Assembly (NCBI GenBank): GCA_964016885.1
Contig: OZ024740.1
Span: 268,956,001 to 269,020,000 of the forward strand
Reading direction: 5' to 3'
DNA: 64,000 bases
DNA from: Eledone cirrhosa
Lineage: Eukaryota
Of the stretch, positions 1-11,660 are shown one piece after another (position 1 is the first letter of the stretch; the number at the start of each line of letters is the position of its first letter). The notes under the pieces are model-generated. The model saw nothing but the letters and a program-made list of their open reading frames with translations. It made no database searches and was not told where the DNA came from. A program made the translations under genes and the position numbers.

Positions 1-288
1 TTACCAGAGCACAGTAGAAGGCAGCGACAGACGAACAGCAATGTCGAATAGGTCTGTAGGAGTAAAGACTGCAAAGTTAAATTGAACGAAACTACACGAA
101 GGAAAGTCAGAATTAAAGCAAATTTCATTACACAGGCTCTGTAAAACATATTTTATAATATCTGCGAATGTAGTTATGTCAGCGTCTTCTGTCTATAATA
201 CCACTTTCATGAAGTTACTTCATTATACTCTGCTACCAAGTCATCCTCGATTATGAGTCACTACCAGTACACCCCCCACAAATACACA

Positions 289-456
<168 letters not shown>

Positions 457-665
457 TAAAACAGATACGAATATATTAAATTATACATTAGGTGAGAGAA
501 CTCAATACCAATAGTATAATAACGTAAATATAATCCTACATCTAAACCTATATATATATATAGATATATATATATTTCCACGAGCCAAAGTATCGTCTTC
601 CTGTCTTCCTCCGGTTGCAACGTTTTTTGAAATATCCACTTCTGCGTCTACAGATTGACTTTGAT

Positions 666-716
666 AGATTCAGAAGATCCCGTTAAGGGTGAAAGCAGCG
701 ATTCTTTGCTTAAACT
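666..716 (+). ncRNA. Hammerhead-like motif with variant core CAGAAGA
   Basis: CAGAAGA, then u CCC guuaa GGG u, GAAA, GCA...UGC, UU. Helix I is weak. Confidence 0.5.
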
Positions 717-776
717 TTAATCTGTTATTTTAATAAATATATATATATATATATATTTATTAAAATAACAGATTAA

Positions 777-827
777 AGTTTAAGCAAAGAATCGTTGCTT
801 TCACCCTTAACGGGATCTTCTGAATCT
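777..827 (-). ncRNA. Hammerhead-like motif (mirror of 666-716) in the PLE 3' end
   Basis: Reverse-complement copy on the same strand as the GIY-YIG ORF, about 30 nt from the (TA)n junction. Confidence 0.5.
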
Positions 828-3800
828 ATCAAAGACAATCTGTAAACGCAGAAGTGGATATTTCAAAAAACGATGCAACCGGAGGAAGACAGGAAGACGA
901 TACTTTGGCTCGTGGAAACGTTCCCTGGCAAAGAACGGGAAAAAACGAATATAATACGTCATTAATAGGAGCGGTGAAAAACAATTACACGCAAAGACAG
1001 AACCACGTTTATGGTATAAAAGAAGTCGTAGACTAATGTTCTCTTAGGTGGTTCATAGAGACGATCTCTGGCAATGAACGGAAAAAACGATGATAATACG
1101 TCATATGTGGAGCGTGGACAACAATTGCATGCAAAGACAAAACCACGTAAATGGTATAGCTGAAGTTGTAGACTCAAATTTTAATTAGGAAACCGAATGA
1201 ATCTCCGCTTCAGAGTTAAGAATAAAGTAAATAAAATACAATACAGAGGTAATAGAAATTAAATAAATACATACACGCATGCAAATACGTACATACACAA
1301 GCATACGCGAAAACACTTGCCATAGGTATACAAACCCACGCACATATAAATATGTGTGTGTGTGTGTGTGTGTGTGCGTGTATACAAATAAATAAATAAT
1401 TAAATAAACGTATATAAATAAATAAATACGTATATAACAAGCGCACACACATACCTACATGTAAATACACAAATGTTCGGAGACGTACGTCAACCAAAAC
1501 ATGAAGTACACATATACACACACCCTACATACGTACGAACCCGCATACTCACACAGACGCAAAACTCCCGTATACACATAACCAAACCATATGTACCAGA
1601 ATATATAAAATTATACGCCATAACATATACAATCAAATATACGTACGAGAAAGTATACGTACCTTCACAAAACATACAAGTAATATATACTTACCTATAC
1701 AAATAAGTAATGGTATAAACATAACATATACTTAGCTACCTCATCAAATCGTAAAATATCCACGTATAGATCGTACTATCCGTTAGGCTATAATGTGGGG
1801 CTGTAATACAGGAAAGTTTTGTGCAATTTATGTTTACAAGCCGAAATTGCCTCAGATTATTTGTTTCAGATGTGGTCTGTGGCGTAGTGTATTTCCAGGG
1901 CCTCAGCGGCGCAGAGGTCACATGGTCTTTTATTTCCGTTATACGATCTAGCCCTAGCTAGGATCTACCAGTGTAACTTATATTGGGTGTGGTTGTCTTT
2001 TAGACTCCAGATATAAGCTGAAAGTGACGTCATATTCCTTCTTAGAGGGTAACGAAAATAATGGGTATGCATGTAAAGACGCTGCTTGAATCTATTGGCG
2101 GTTATTCCTATGTAGGCCCTACGGGACGTGGGTGTTTCAACCTTACATTTGTAGACAATGTTAGTAGAGAGACATTTCCCGGATAGAGGGCAATCAACCC
2201 GATTCCTACAATTACAGTTAGTACTAACTACAGGGTTGCACGTGTTCCTACGGCTAGGTAGTTTAGCTAAATATGGCTTGTATTACCCGTATAGAAAGCC
2301 GAATGATACGCTTAATTACATAAGTAAGCATTCCAACCATCCTGCCAGCAAAACCAAGAACCTGGTAAGAAACGTTTCGTTGAGGCTTTCCCGTCTATCT
2401 ACTAACGAGCAATTTTCAACGACCATTCCACTTATTACAATGAAGCTCTTGCTCGGAGTGGATTTGTCGCTAAGGTAGCATATACAGAGTACGGAAATAG
2501 ACCTTGAAGAAATAGAACCTGTCGCATTTGTTGGTATAACCCACTATATAATATGAAGGTGGCCACACCATTAGCTAAGATCATTCTATCCATTATTACG
2601 AAGCATTTTCGCCCTACAAATAAATATAGTAACAATTTTAATAGAAATACTATTAAAATCTCTTACTCTACGACTCCTAACATTGCACATAACATCACAG
2701 CTTCAAATTTAGCTAAATTACCTAGCCGTAGGAACACGTGCAACCCTGTAGTAAGGCCAGTCATTTTCTTCTCAATTGAGTTGAATTTAACATAGTTATG
2801 TGACTCGCTGATATCGATAGTTCACACATCTTTACGACACAGTGCAAACAAATAGTGAGTTTAGAAATTACTACAAACATCTGGTCGGGAGGGAGTCAAT
2901 ACGGGCATGCTGTCTTAATAATCCCGTGACCTAGCGGGTCATCTCAGAGCTGTACACTATCTTTGTCACAGAAAGAAAATCCATACGACTGATGATTCCG
3001 GAAAGTAAAAGCAGTTGTCTTACATGTGACAGTAAGAATGATTTGAAAGCTAGCTACTCGGAGTATCATGTGCTTACTAGAGGGAGGCAAGAGTTGAAAT
3101 AGCTCTGACTTCACATAAAAGGTGGTGGCTTCATATTCATGCATTGCCCGAATTTGTTTTTCACATTTTATTTTAATTATATCTTGGTTTAAATAATGTG
3201 TTTGAAATTATGTTATAAGGATTTCTGTTTTGATTTTGTTAAGATACATCAAACTTTTAAGTTGTTCTTTGCGTAATATTCTTATCTCACCCTTAGGTTT
3301 TATAAAATTTATTCATGAGTTCAGTTTTAAACATTTCTTGATTTGTATTATGTATGAACGAAATTGTCTGCAGTTACCTTCGGTGACTAACAGCAATGAA
3401 AACAATAATGCACACATGCACACATACTTTGACATTAAATCTCAGATACAAACATCGTTTGCCAGTAGAGCATCCAATATTGTATGTTTAAGCATGGTGT
3501 ATTAAAAAACTCTATCATCTTGTTAGAAAAATATATCTAAACTCGAGTAAAGAGGAAACTTCTGTCACGGGAGTAGAAAAGAAGAGAAAGATATATGGAA
3601 CAGAAACAAACAACTCTGTCAGAAAGTTTCGAAAAAAATTATCTAACATTGGGATACTTAATAAAACATATGTATTGGAGGAGAGAAAAAAAAATCTACG
3701 CGATATCTGGATAGACTTGGAAATAAATGAGCCCTCTGATGAGCCCTCTGATGATACTGGTACTTTTACTTTTATCAACAAAATAAATATACTAAGAGAT

Positions 3801-3929
3801 AAATCATGTCTGTCCTGAAAATGTAAATGCGTTCGTTGATGAAGACATTGAAGAAATGCTTACGGAGGAATTCCTTGATCACCGAGAAGTATATGTAAAT
3901 TCACCCAATCTTTCTATATGGAAGTGAAA

Positions 3930-4306
3930 CATGGATGCTTTCATCCAAACAACAAAAGCGCCTTGATGGCACTTACACTCGCCTACTTCAACGCATTCAG
4001 AACATACGCTGGCGACATCTGACTTTGAGAGAGATATATGCCGGCCTCCCACGCATATTGTTGTACGTAAAAGGAGATTAAGATTTGCTGGCCACTGTCA
4101 TCGTGCCACATATGAGGCTATGTCCACATTAGTACTTTGGAAACCACAAGCAGTCTCTAATAACAGAGGCGCAAGCTCTCCTATCTCAATGTCATCTCCA
4201 GAGATTCTGGTATTGAAATCCAGGACTTGGCAACGACAATTAACGACTGACCCACGTGGAGATAAATTGTTGAGTCGATTTCGGGTGAGGCCACCGGATG
4301 ATGATA
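3930..4306 (+). mobile_element. RTE-clade LINE 3' fragment
   Basis: Translates RRLRFAGHCHRA...STLVLWKP...YLNVISRDSGIEIQDL and ends in GATGATGAT. Confidence 0.7.
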
Positions 4307-4549
4307 TGTAAATAAGACCGTTATTGCTCCAATCAGTCCACAAACACTCAGCAAACACCCTAAACCTAACGCCAACCTCAACTCATAAGTCCTTCCAAGC
4401 CAAATTGTACTCGCCCTCCAAATTCAGTAAATCGAACGCGGACCACCCATCTTCCAAAACTTGGCATATGTAACTGGAGTGCAACAGCCACCAAATGGAG
4501 AAGAGAGACGTTATCAAGCTGCAGCTGTGAAATTACTGTGAAATTATCC

Positions 4550-4697
4550 TTGTGCATTACTGGTACTTTATTTTATCGACCCTGTAAGGATGATGAAGGC
4601 AAAGTTAACCTCGGTAGGATTTGAACTCAGACCGTAAAGAGACGTAACTCTATGCTGCATAGCATGGCGTCCGACCCTCTACTGATACTGCCAATCC
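4550..4697 (-). mobile_element. tRNA-derived SINE, family A (Meta-domain-like core)
   Basis: Homologous to the full copy at 35302-35492; B-box GAGTTCAAATCC and core GCCTT..CATCCTTAC.GGGTCGATAAAATAAAGTACC. Confidence 0.8.
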
Positions 4698-4727
4698 ATA
4701 ATAAAGCCAAAAATCTATTATTATCTG

Positions 4728-4850
4728 TAACTTTACCTTTCATCCTTACGGGATCGATAAAATAAAGTACCAGTCACACACTCGGATCTATTTAATCGAC
4801 TTTCCCTTCCCCCAAAATTGATGGCCTTATCCCTATATAAGAAATTATTA
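4728..4850 (+). mobile_element. SINE family A, 3' fragment
   Basis: CTTTCATCCTTACGGGATCGATAAAATAAAGTACCAG core followed by the tail. Confidence 0.75.
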
Positions 4851-5210
4851 TCTGTATGGTTACTAAGAAAGAATATGGGGTGAACTGACTCAACTTAACT
4901 AGTGGATTCCCATCTCCATGTTTGCATGGGAAACACTGAATGTTTTTTTTAATATTTCTATAACATTTCGTGTTAATTATTGCGTATTCATTTTATACAT
5001 ATTTCATGGTTTATCAAATTCATCTTTCTGTTGTATACTGTCCTTGCACCTACGTTCATTTTTATATAACACTAGACCACCCGTGACCCATTGGGTCACA
5101 TTCACTTTAAAATATGTTTTTTAAATCATGTTCACTTAAAATTAATTTTTGAATAATTAAAATATACACAGACATGCAGATAATGTGAAATGAAACTGGA
5201 AGGCCCTTAT

Positions 5211-5274
<64 letters not shown>

Positions 5275-5329
5275 GTGTGTGTTTGTATACATATATATAA
5301 ACTATTAATAAAATAACAAATAACAATTG

Positions 5330-5815
5330 AAATCCCCAATAGAGGGGAGGCGATACACAGGGGTTGTACACACCCCGAAAAAATATACAACCCTCATCTC
5401 CAGGAGCACCAAAAGTGAGTACTCCCTTCCTCTCTTCCTCTTTTTCCTCAACCTACAGGCTTATATAGAGAGAAGGCCCAATCTCTCGGGCCATCTTTGC
5501 CACATTCACCCACCTTTTATGAAATTTGCTGGGGTACAGTACCACTCTCTCCATCCTGATTCTTCTTCCAAAATGATATTTGAAAAAACGAATCAGTTGC
5601 TCGCCGGAGAGAAAGGTGTCTGACCTCAGCCTTTTTAACCTCGTCCACCATATAACCTCTTTCACCATAGCCATAACACATAGGAAAACCGCCTCTCCCT
5701 CGTTTTTGAAGGAAGGTGGCGGTTTGATCATGACAATGGACTCGGTGGTCAACTGGATTGGTCCTACCAGCGACAATAGTCGTTCCACATAGCCTCACAG
5801 GTCGGTAACGCCCGG
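5330..5815 (-). mobile_element. L1/Tx1-like LINE 3' end (ORF2 C-terminus)
   Basis: ORF 5453..5788 (MVKEVIWWTRLK...FFKYHFGRRIRMER) is homologous to the ORF at 63714..63908. Confidence 0.6.
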
Positions 5816-5884
5816 GCAGTAGATAGATAGATAGCGATACACAAAGCAGGCTTTGTTTACAAAAGGCTAGCGAATTTGAAAATT

Positions 5885-6035
5885 AGGTAGTTATATGTGC
5901 TTACGCCGTATTTGACTACATAGAATTAGTCTGTCAATACTCATCCTTTTTTTCCATTCAGATGGTTTTTTAAAATCCGAACTAACAGACTAATTCTATC
6001 TAGTCAAATACGGCGTAAGCACATGTTACTACCTA
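5885..6035. repeat. Inverted repeat with ~50-bp arms
   Basis: GTGCTTACGCCGTATTTGACTA-ATAGAATTAGTCTGT pairs with ACAGACTAATTCTAT-TAGTCAAATACGGCGTAAGCAC. Confidence 0.85.
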
Positions 6036-6407
6036 TATGTGTGTGTAGGGGGGGGGGCACGTGTGTGTGTGTGTATGCGTGTGTTTAACTATATATGTAT
6101 ATATAGGCGTGGCTAGGATTCCGACCAAGGTGTGTGCTATCAATTATTAAAATGGATTCCCCTTTAACCATCTAATATGCTAAAAGCACGAAATTAAAAT
6201 AAATGGTATATAATTATATTATTTGCATGAGTACGTGTATATGCAACTATCCCCCATATATATATATATATATATATGCAAAAGTTCTATTTAAATTGTT
6301 GGGATACAACAAGCAAATATTTTTATAACTGATATAAAGCACTCGACAAGTATTTGGAGTAGATATACGATATTAACAAATGGAAACTATATTTATAAAA
6401 CCATATT

Positions 6408-6472
6408 TATTTCATTATACATATTTCAAGGATACCAAGTTAAATTATGGTATGCCTTCATCAGACAAAATA
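6408..6472 (-). ncRNA. Minimal type I hammerhead ribozyme, family H1
   Basis: Exact reverse complement of 6501-6565. Confidence 0.8.
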
Positions 6473-6500
6473 CATAAATATATAAAACTGGTATATATTG

Positions 6501-6565
6501 TATTTTGTCTGATGAAGGCATACCATAATTTAACTTGGTATCCTTGAAATATGTATAATGAAATA
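6501..6565 (+). ncRNA. Minimal type I hammerhead ribozyme, family H1
   Basis: UAUUUUGU, CUGAUGA, AGGcAUACCA..UGGUAUCCU u, GAAA, UAUGUA, UA|AUGAAAUA. Helix I is 8 bp and AATAAA follows. Confidence 0.85.
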
Positions 6566-6604
6566 AATATGGTTTTATAAATATAGTTTCCATTTGTTAA
6601 TATC

Positions 6605-6640
<36 letters not shown>

Positions 6641-6643
<3 letters not shown>

Positions 6644-6845
6644 AACAAGTAAGACCCCGACGGCTGAGCTCAAGCCGTTTCGACGGCTAATTCTGTACTA
6701 ATTCAGTACAGAATTAGCGAGCGGTCGAAACGGCTTGAGCTCAGCCGTCGGGGTCTTACTTGTTCCCATTACCCACTCTACTACCCTAAGTATTGAGTAC
6801 TTTGGTGCGTTATGGTCCACCTGGTTCCTTACCACATTTCCTTCG

Positions 6846-6848
<3 letters not shown>
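6641..6848 (+). mobile_element. Fold-back element, GACCCC family (half-hammerhead)
   Basis: Hairpin with GAAA CGGCU..AGCCG UC GGGGUC on the 3' arm, flanked by (TA)n. Homologs at 7878, 9716 and 31368. Confidence 0.8.
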
Positions 6849-6886
<38 letters not shown>

Positions 6887-7449
6887 AATGAATACAAACA
6901 CAGACATGTACACACACACACACACACACTCATAAATATATATACATATGCAAATTTATTTTATATAATATAATTTACTCAGTTTCACAAGAGCTGGTTG
7001 TCTGGGATGTGCTGAAGTAAATGAATCTCACTTCATTTATATCGATACTTTTATCGTAGTGAATGTGCGTCAGTAAGAGGGATAAAGAGTATTTCTTAAA
7101 CCCCGGATTCTCTCACATATAAATGAATATGTTTCATTAATCTAAATTAATCTTTAAATTCAAGCGTAGTGACTTGAAACCTTGAGCTTTAATAATACAT
7201 AGAAACATACATGCATACACACACACAAACACAAACGCACACATACACAGAGGATAGACATGCTTTATTTGGAAGACAGCTTAGTATGTTTCTGTAAATA
7301 CATTCATATTTCTGTCGTTGTGTGCATTTCTGAGGTATTGTGGCAGATTATATAAACACATTTAACGAGATTTTATATAATAATATATTGTCCCTTTATG
7401 TGAAAAGTGATAGTTTACTTTCATCAATGACAGAAAGTCTCTTGCTATA

Positions 7450-7633
7450 CGAGGGCGGTTGAACATTATTAGACTGACCAAAACTCTCTCATGCAATGAC
7501 CAAATAAGATTTATTTTTCAAATAGAAACAATGCAGTTATCAATCAGAATGGATGAAATTAATGCAGGCAAGATTTCACAGCTCTAGCATCACTCCTTCT
7601 TAATCAGCCTATGAATTTTTAGCCTGCCCTCTT
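7450..7633. mobile_element. Mariner-type MITE (degenerate)
   Basis: TA CGAGGGCGGTTGAA ... TTTAGCCTGCCCTC; homologous to 56274-56463. Confidence 0.6.
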
Positions 7634-7692
7634 GCACACACACACGCACGCACAAACACACACACACACACACACATATATATCTATCTATC

Positions 7693-7800
7693 TAAGGCGG
7701 GTAAAATTCCCGAGATCCATGGACGAGTTCTCTCCAGCGGTCTCTGTCCCTCATTATCGCTGCCATATCCTGCATCTCCAACAGACCAGTGTCTGTCCTT
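7693..7800 (-). mobile_element. RTE LINE 3' tip
   Basis: Translates IRTDTGLLEMQDMAAIMRDRDRWRELV. Confidence 0.65.
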
Positions 7801-7877
7801 ATATATATATATAATGTATATATATATATATATATTACTATATTACATTGAAAGTAATCTATATATATATATATATA

Positions 7878-8062
7878 TAACGAAGGAAATGTGGTAAGGA
7901 ACCAGGTGGACCGTAACGCACCAAAGTACTCAATACTTAGGGTAGTAGAGTGGGTAATAGAAACGAGTAAGACCCCGACGGCTGAGCTCAAGCCGTTTCG
8001 ACGGTTAATTCTGGACTAGCCGTCGAAACGACTTGAGCTCAGCCGTCGGGGTCTTACTCGTT

Positions 8063-8065
<3 letters not shown>
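7878..8065 (-). mobile_element. Fold-back element, GACCCC family
   Basis: Near-identical to 6641-6848 in the opposite orientation, between (TA)n tracts. Confidence 0.8.
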
Positions 8066-8151
<86 letters not shown>

Positions 8152-8409
8152 GAAAATATAAATGAAAATAGAGAAATTTATGTGAGCAAGAAGCCAACAG
8201 TAATTCATACATATAAGTGACTATTACGTCAAGATGGAAAATATTTAACGTAAGATATGGGAAAATAATTCAATCTCAATTTTAAAAAAAGTCAAGACAG
8301 AAATTTTGTCACAGATTTTGTGTAATCCAAGGAAAAAACCAATAGAGTCTTAACTCAGAATAAAATTAAGGGTAAATAGTTATCCTTCAATTTTGAAAAA
8401 TCTACAAAT

Positions 8410-8490
8410 GCTCTATATAGTCTTAAAAAGACTATTTCACGAAACTTTTCAGTGGTGTTAGTCACGGCTGGAATCGTTCATCAGTAGAGC
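8410..8490 (-). ncRNA. Type I hammerhead ribozyme with a full 7-bp helix III
   Basis: Reverse complement: GCUCUA, CUGAUGA, ACGA...UCGU, GAAA, UAGUCUU uuu AAGACUA, UA|UAGAGC. Confidence 0.9.
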
Positions 8491-9037
8491 TCAACACGAT
8501 AACTAAGAACTACAGCTAAAACATGCCAAAAGGGAATTTAAAAGCAGGCTAGTTACACCACGTGTGGAATTAAGATAATAAACACACATGGAGAACAGGG
8601 CTAGTGACGTCAGAATGAGACGAATGACTGTTTACAAGAAACAGCAGTCAAAACATTCCGAAAAAAATCTCAACAAAAAATATGGAGTTCAGCATAACGC
8701 AATATTATCGCGTTTTTTTTTTAAAAACCGGGATTAGTCACAAATAATTTTAAGCACGCTAGAAAAAATTCCGAGTATAAATATAAATGAAAATAGAGAA
8801 ATTAATGTGAGCAAGATGTCAACAGTAATTCATACATATAAGTGACTATTACGTCAAGATGGAAAATATTTAACGTAAGATATGGGAAAATAATTCAATC
8901 TCAATTAAAAAAAAAGTCAAGACAGAAATTTTATCCACAGATTTTGTGTAATCCAGGGAAAAAACCAATAGAGTCTTAACTCAGAATAAAATTAAGGGTA
9001 AATACTTATCCTTCAATTTGGAAAAAAATCTACAAAT

Positions 9038-9118
9038 GCTCTATATAATTTTAAAAAAACTATTTCATGAAACTTTCCAGTGGGGTTAGTCATGGCTGGA
9101 ACCGTTCATCAGTAGAGC
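9038..9118 (-). ncRNA. Type I hammerhead ribozyme, second tandem copy
   Basis: Reverse complement: GCUCUA, CUGAUGA, ..UUCCAG..CUGGAA.., GAAA, UAGUUUU uuu AAAAUUA, UA|UAGAGC. Confidence 0.85.
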
Positions 9119-9209
9119 TCAACACGATAACTAAGAGCCACAGCTAAAATATGCCAAAAGGGAATTTAAAAGCAGGCTAGTTACACCTCGTGTGGAATTA
9201 AGATAATAA

Positions 9210-9273
<64 letters not shown>

Positions 9274-9315
9274 TTATATATATATATATATATATATTCA
9301 TGTGTGTGTGTGTGT

Positions 9316-9470
9316 GTAAAAGGTAAACAGAAATAACAACACAATCGGTACAGTATATGGAAGGAATATATTAGGATAACGCTTGAAATACCAAGAAGAG
9401 GGTCTTAACGTTTAGACGCTAGTCCTTCATCAGAAGAAAGAATGAGAAATAAGATAGATTGAAGGGACGG
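9316..9470 (-). mobile_element. PLE-like 3' end with a degenerate HHR (CUGAUGA intact, GAAA broken)
   Basis: Homologous to 41078-41235, which retains GAAA but has CUGGUGA. Confidence 0.55.
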
Positions 9471-9549
9471 GCGGGTAGGTATTGGAAAAAATGTCTTTAG
9501 ATGAAAATAACAGGTCCATTTCTGCTGTAAAAGCCAGGTAGACTATAAC

Positions 9550-9915
9550 CCACCGGAGTACTCAATAATTGGGGCAGTAGAGTGGGTAATACGAAAAGAT
9601 TCAGGACCCCGATGGCTGAGCCCCGGTCGTTTCGGCTACTAGATCCGAACTTGATCTTCGACTGCTAGATTCGAGCTCAGCCGTCGGGGTCCTAAATCTT
9701 TACATATATATATATAGGAAAAGAGTCAAGACCCCAACGGCAGAGCTCAAGCCGTTTCGCCGATTATTTCTGAGTCCAGAAATTGCCGTCGAAACGGCTT
9801 GCGCTCTGCCGTCGGGGTCTTGACTCTTTTCCTATTACCCACTCTACTACACAAAGTATCGAGTACTCTGGTGCGTTATGGTCCACCTGGTTCCTTACCA
9901 CACTTCCTTCGTTAT
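9550..9915. mobile_element. Two adjacent GACCCC-family fold-back elements (9550-9700 diverged; 9716-9915)
   Basis: Same CGGC(A/T)GAGCTCAAGCCGTTTCG hairpin and the same 3' tail as 6641-6848. Confidence 0.75.
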
Positions 9916-10000
9916 ATATATATATAATTGTTTCTACTTTTGGCACAAGGCCAGCAATTAACCAGTACACTACTGGTACTATATATATATATAATTTTTA

Positions 10001-10355
10001 TTATAATATGATCATTTCAATGACCAGGTTCAGCATGAATTCGGTGACATAATCAGGTAATTCAAAATATAACGAAGGAATAAAATCCATGGTGCTGAAA
10101 ATCAGAGGCAGGAGGGCGACCGACAATTTAGCAGCTTCTACATCTGTCGGCCGCCCTCAAGGGTAGAAGCTGCTAAATTGTCGGTCGCCCTCCTGTCTCT
10201 GATTTTCATCACCAGGGATTTTATCTGTTATATTCCTTCGTTATATTTTGAATTACCTGATGATGTCACTGGATTCATACTGAACCCGGTCATTGAAATG
10301 ATCATAGTATTATAAACCTTTCAAGGATTTACACCAGTCCAGCCTCCTGTTATTT
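10001..10355 (+). mobile_element. Fold-back element with ~140-bp arms carrying an HHR
   Basis: 10001-10141 is the reverse complement of 10163-10312. A fragment of the same family lies at 26220-26305 (-). Confidence 0.8.
10251..10312 (+). ncRNA. Minimal type I hammerhead ribozyme
   Basis: UAC, CUGAUGA, UG..ACUGG.UUCA uac UGAA.CCGGU.CA, GAAA, UGAUCA (palindromic), UA|GUA. The mirror copy at 10003-10062 has CUGAUUA. Confidence 0.75.
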
Positions 10356-10501
10356 TATAATAATTAACTCTGTACTCGCACCACTAACTACACAAACGAA
10401 GACGGGTGAGTTGCATTACGTTGAGTGCTCTCCATAATATTACATCGAGGTTGACCACACGGAATGACCAGTTCTATCCAGTGGTGAACCAACAAACCTA
10501 A

Positions 10502-10532
<31 letters not shown>

Positions 10533-11512
10533 ATATATTATATATATATATATATGCGTTCTCGTCGGTACTGGTTGAAGATGTATCTACGGGGACTGCT
10601 ATTCTCAAATTCTTGTTACATATACACAAACATAACTATATTTCACCAACGAATGATGTCGAATACATACAGATTGTAAATATTAATTATCGCTTCAACT
10701 TACATTACTTTCTTATAATGTTATATGTCTGACATTTTATTGCAATAACTAGTGTTTTGTTCTGTTCAGACAACTTTGATCAATTTTAGTCTATTGAATC
10801 ATTTAAGAATATTTTTAAATAAACACCTCATTTTGTTTTGTTTTATTGTGACCACATTGCCTTTGGATTAAAACTGCAGACTCTACTTTCTTTTCTGTTT
10901 TCGTCCACCACAACGTTCATTTTGCTTGCACAGCAACGCCTGCCGTCACTGTATTTTACATATATCTTTCCTAACATACGAAATGCTGGGCTCCACCCAG
11001 TTGATTACTGTCAATTTCCTTTGTTTTTGGAATCATGGCTCGACTGTGCTTTATTCACCTAGAACCACAAATTCTCGCAAATCGTATTATTTATTACGCT
11101 ACCCACATCGCATATGTTGCCAGTAGGATTCCGACCGAACTTATAGAGGAGATAATAAATTTTCAATCGGTTCTGCGAAATACGGTGTCCGTTGATACGT
11201 GCGCTGTTATGCAGCAGAAACGGATCCACTAAGTTTTCAACGAAGAACGTTCAGTGGTAATACGAACACTGAGCTTCTTTGACGTATGAGGCAACTTTTT
11301 GAGGAGAGCTTGCACGAAACTCAAATGTTTAAACAGTTCTTTCTAAATTGATCTCCTTCAAGTCCACAGTTTATTTGAGCCTCTATCGAACAATCTATAT
11401 CTAATGAGGATATCTTCAATTTTACATATTGAATCGCAGATTTCTTGACATCTTTATCACATGTGGCCCATGTATCACGTGCAATTACATTATTCCGTAC
11501 ATCCTTTATGAT

Positions 11513-11660
11513 CTGAGTTCAAATCCTGCCGAGGTTAACTTTGCCTTTCATCCTTACGGGGTCGATAAAAGAAAGTACCAGTCACGCACTGGGATCGATT
11601 TAATCGACATTTATCTCCCCCAAAATTGTTGGCCTTGTGCCTATATAAGAAACCATTATT
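11513..11660 (+). mobile_element. SINE family A, 5'-truncated
   Basis: CTGAGTTCAAATCCTGCCGAGGTTAACTTTGCCTTTCATCCTTACGGGGTCGATAAA. Confidence 0.8.

Larger units (their letters stand above)
575..2752 (-). mobile_element. Penelope-like retroelement: 5'-inverted RT-thumb/linker, GIY-YIG remnant, 3' UTR and an inverted terminal copy
   Basis: Minus strand 2270->1808 reads NCNCRNRVDCPLSGKCLSTNIVYKCKVETPTSRRAYIGITANRFKQRL...TSLSAYIWSLKD...CDLC, with stops and a frameshift. Plus strand 2275-2710 reads YPYRKPNDTLNYISKHSNHP and FNRNTIKISYSTTPNI. 2707-2752 is the reverse complement of 2227-2272. A terminal palindrome spans 575-918. Confidence 0.85.
8156..9217 (-). mobile_element. Tandem direct repeat (pLTR or retrozyme-like), two ~435-bp copies at a ~628-bp period
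   Basis: 8156-8589 aligns with 8781-9217. Each copy carries an HHR, both ends abut (TA)n, and no ORF is present. Confidence 0.85.

Noticed and set aside
2989-3004. CTGATGA-TTCCG-GAAA
   Set aside because: No room for helix II and no helix I or III pairing.
3736-3754. Two tandem CTGATGA motifs
   Set aside because: A local 12-bp duplication with no downstream GAAA or helices.
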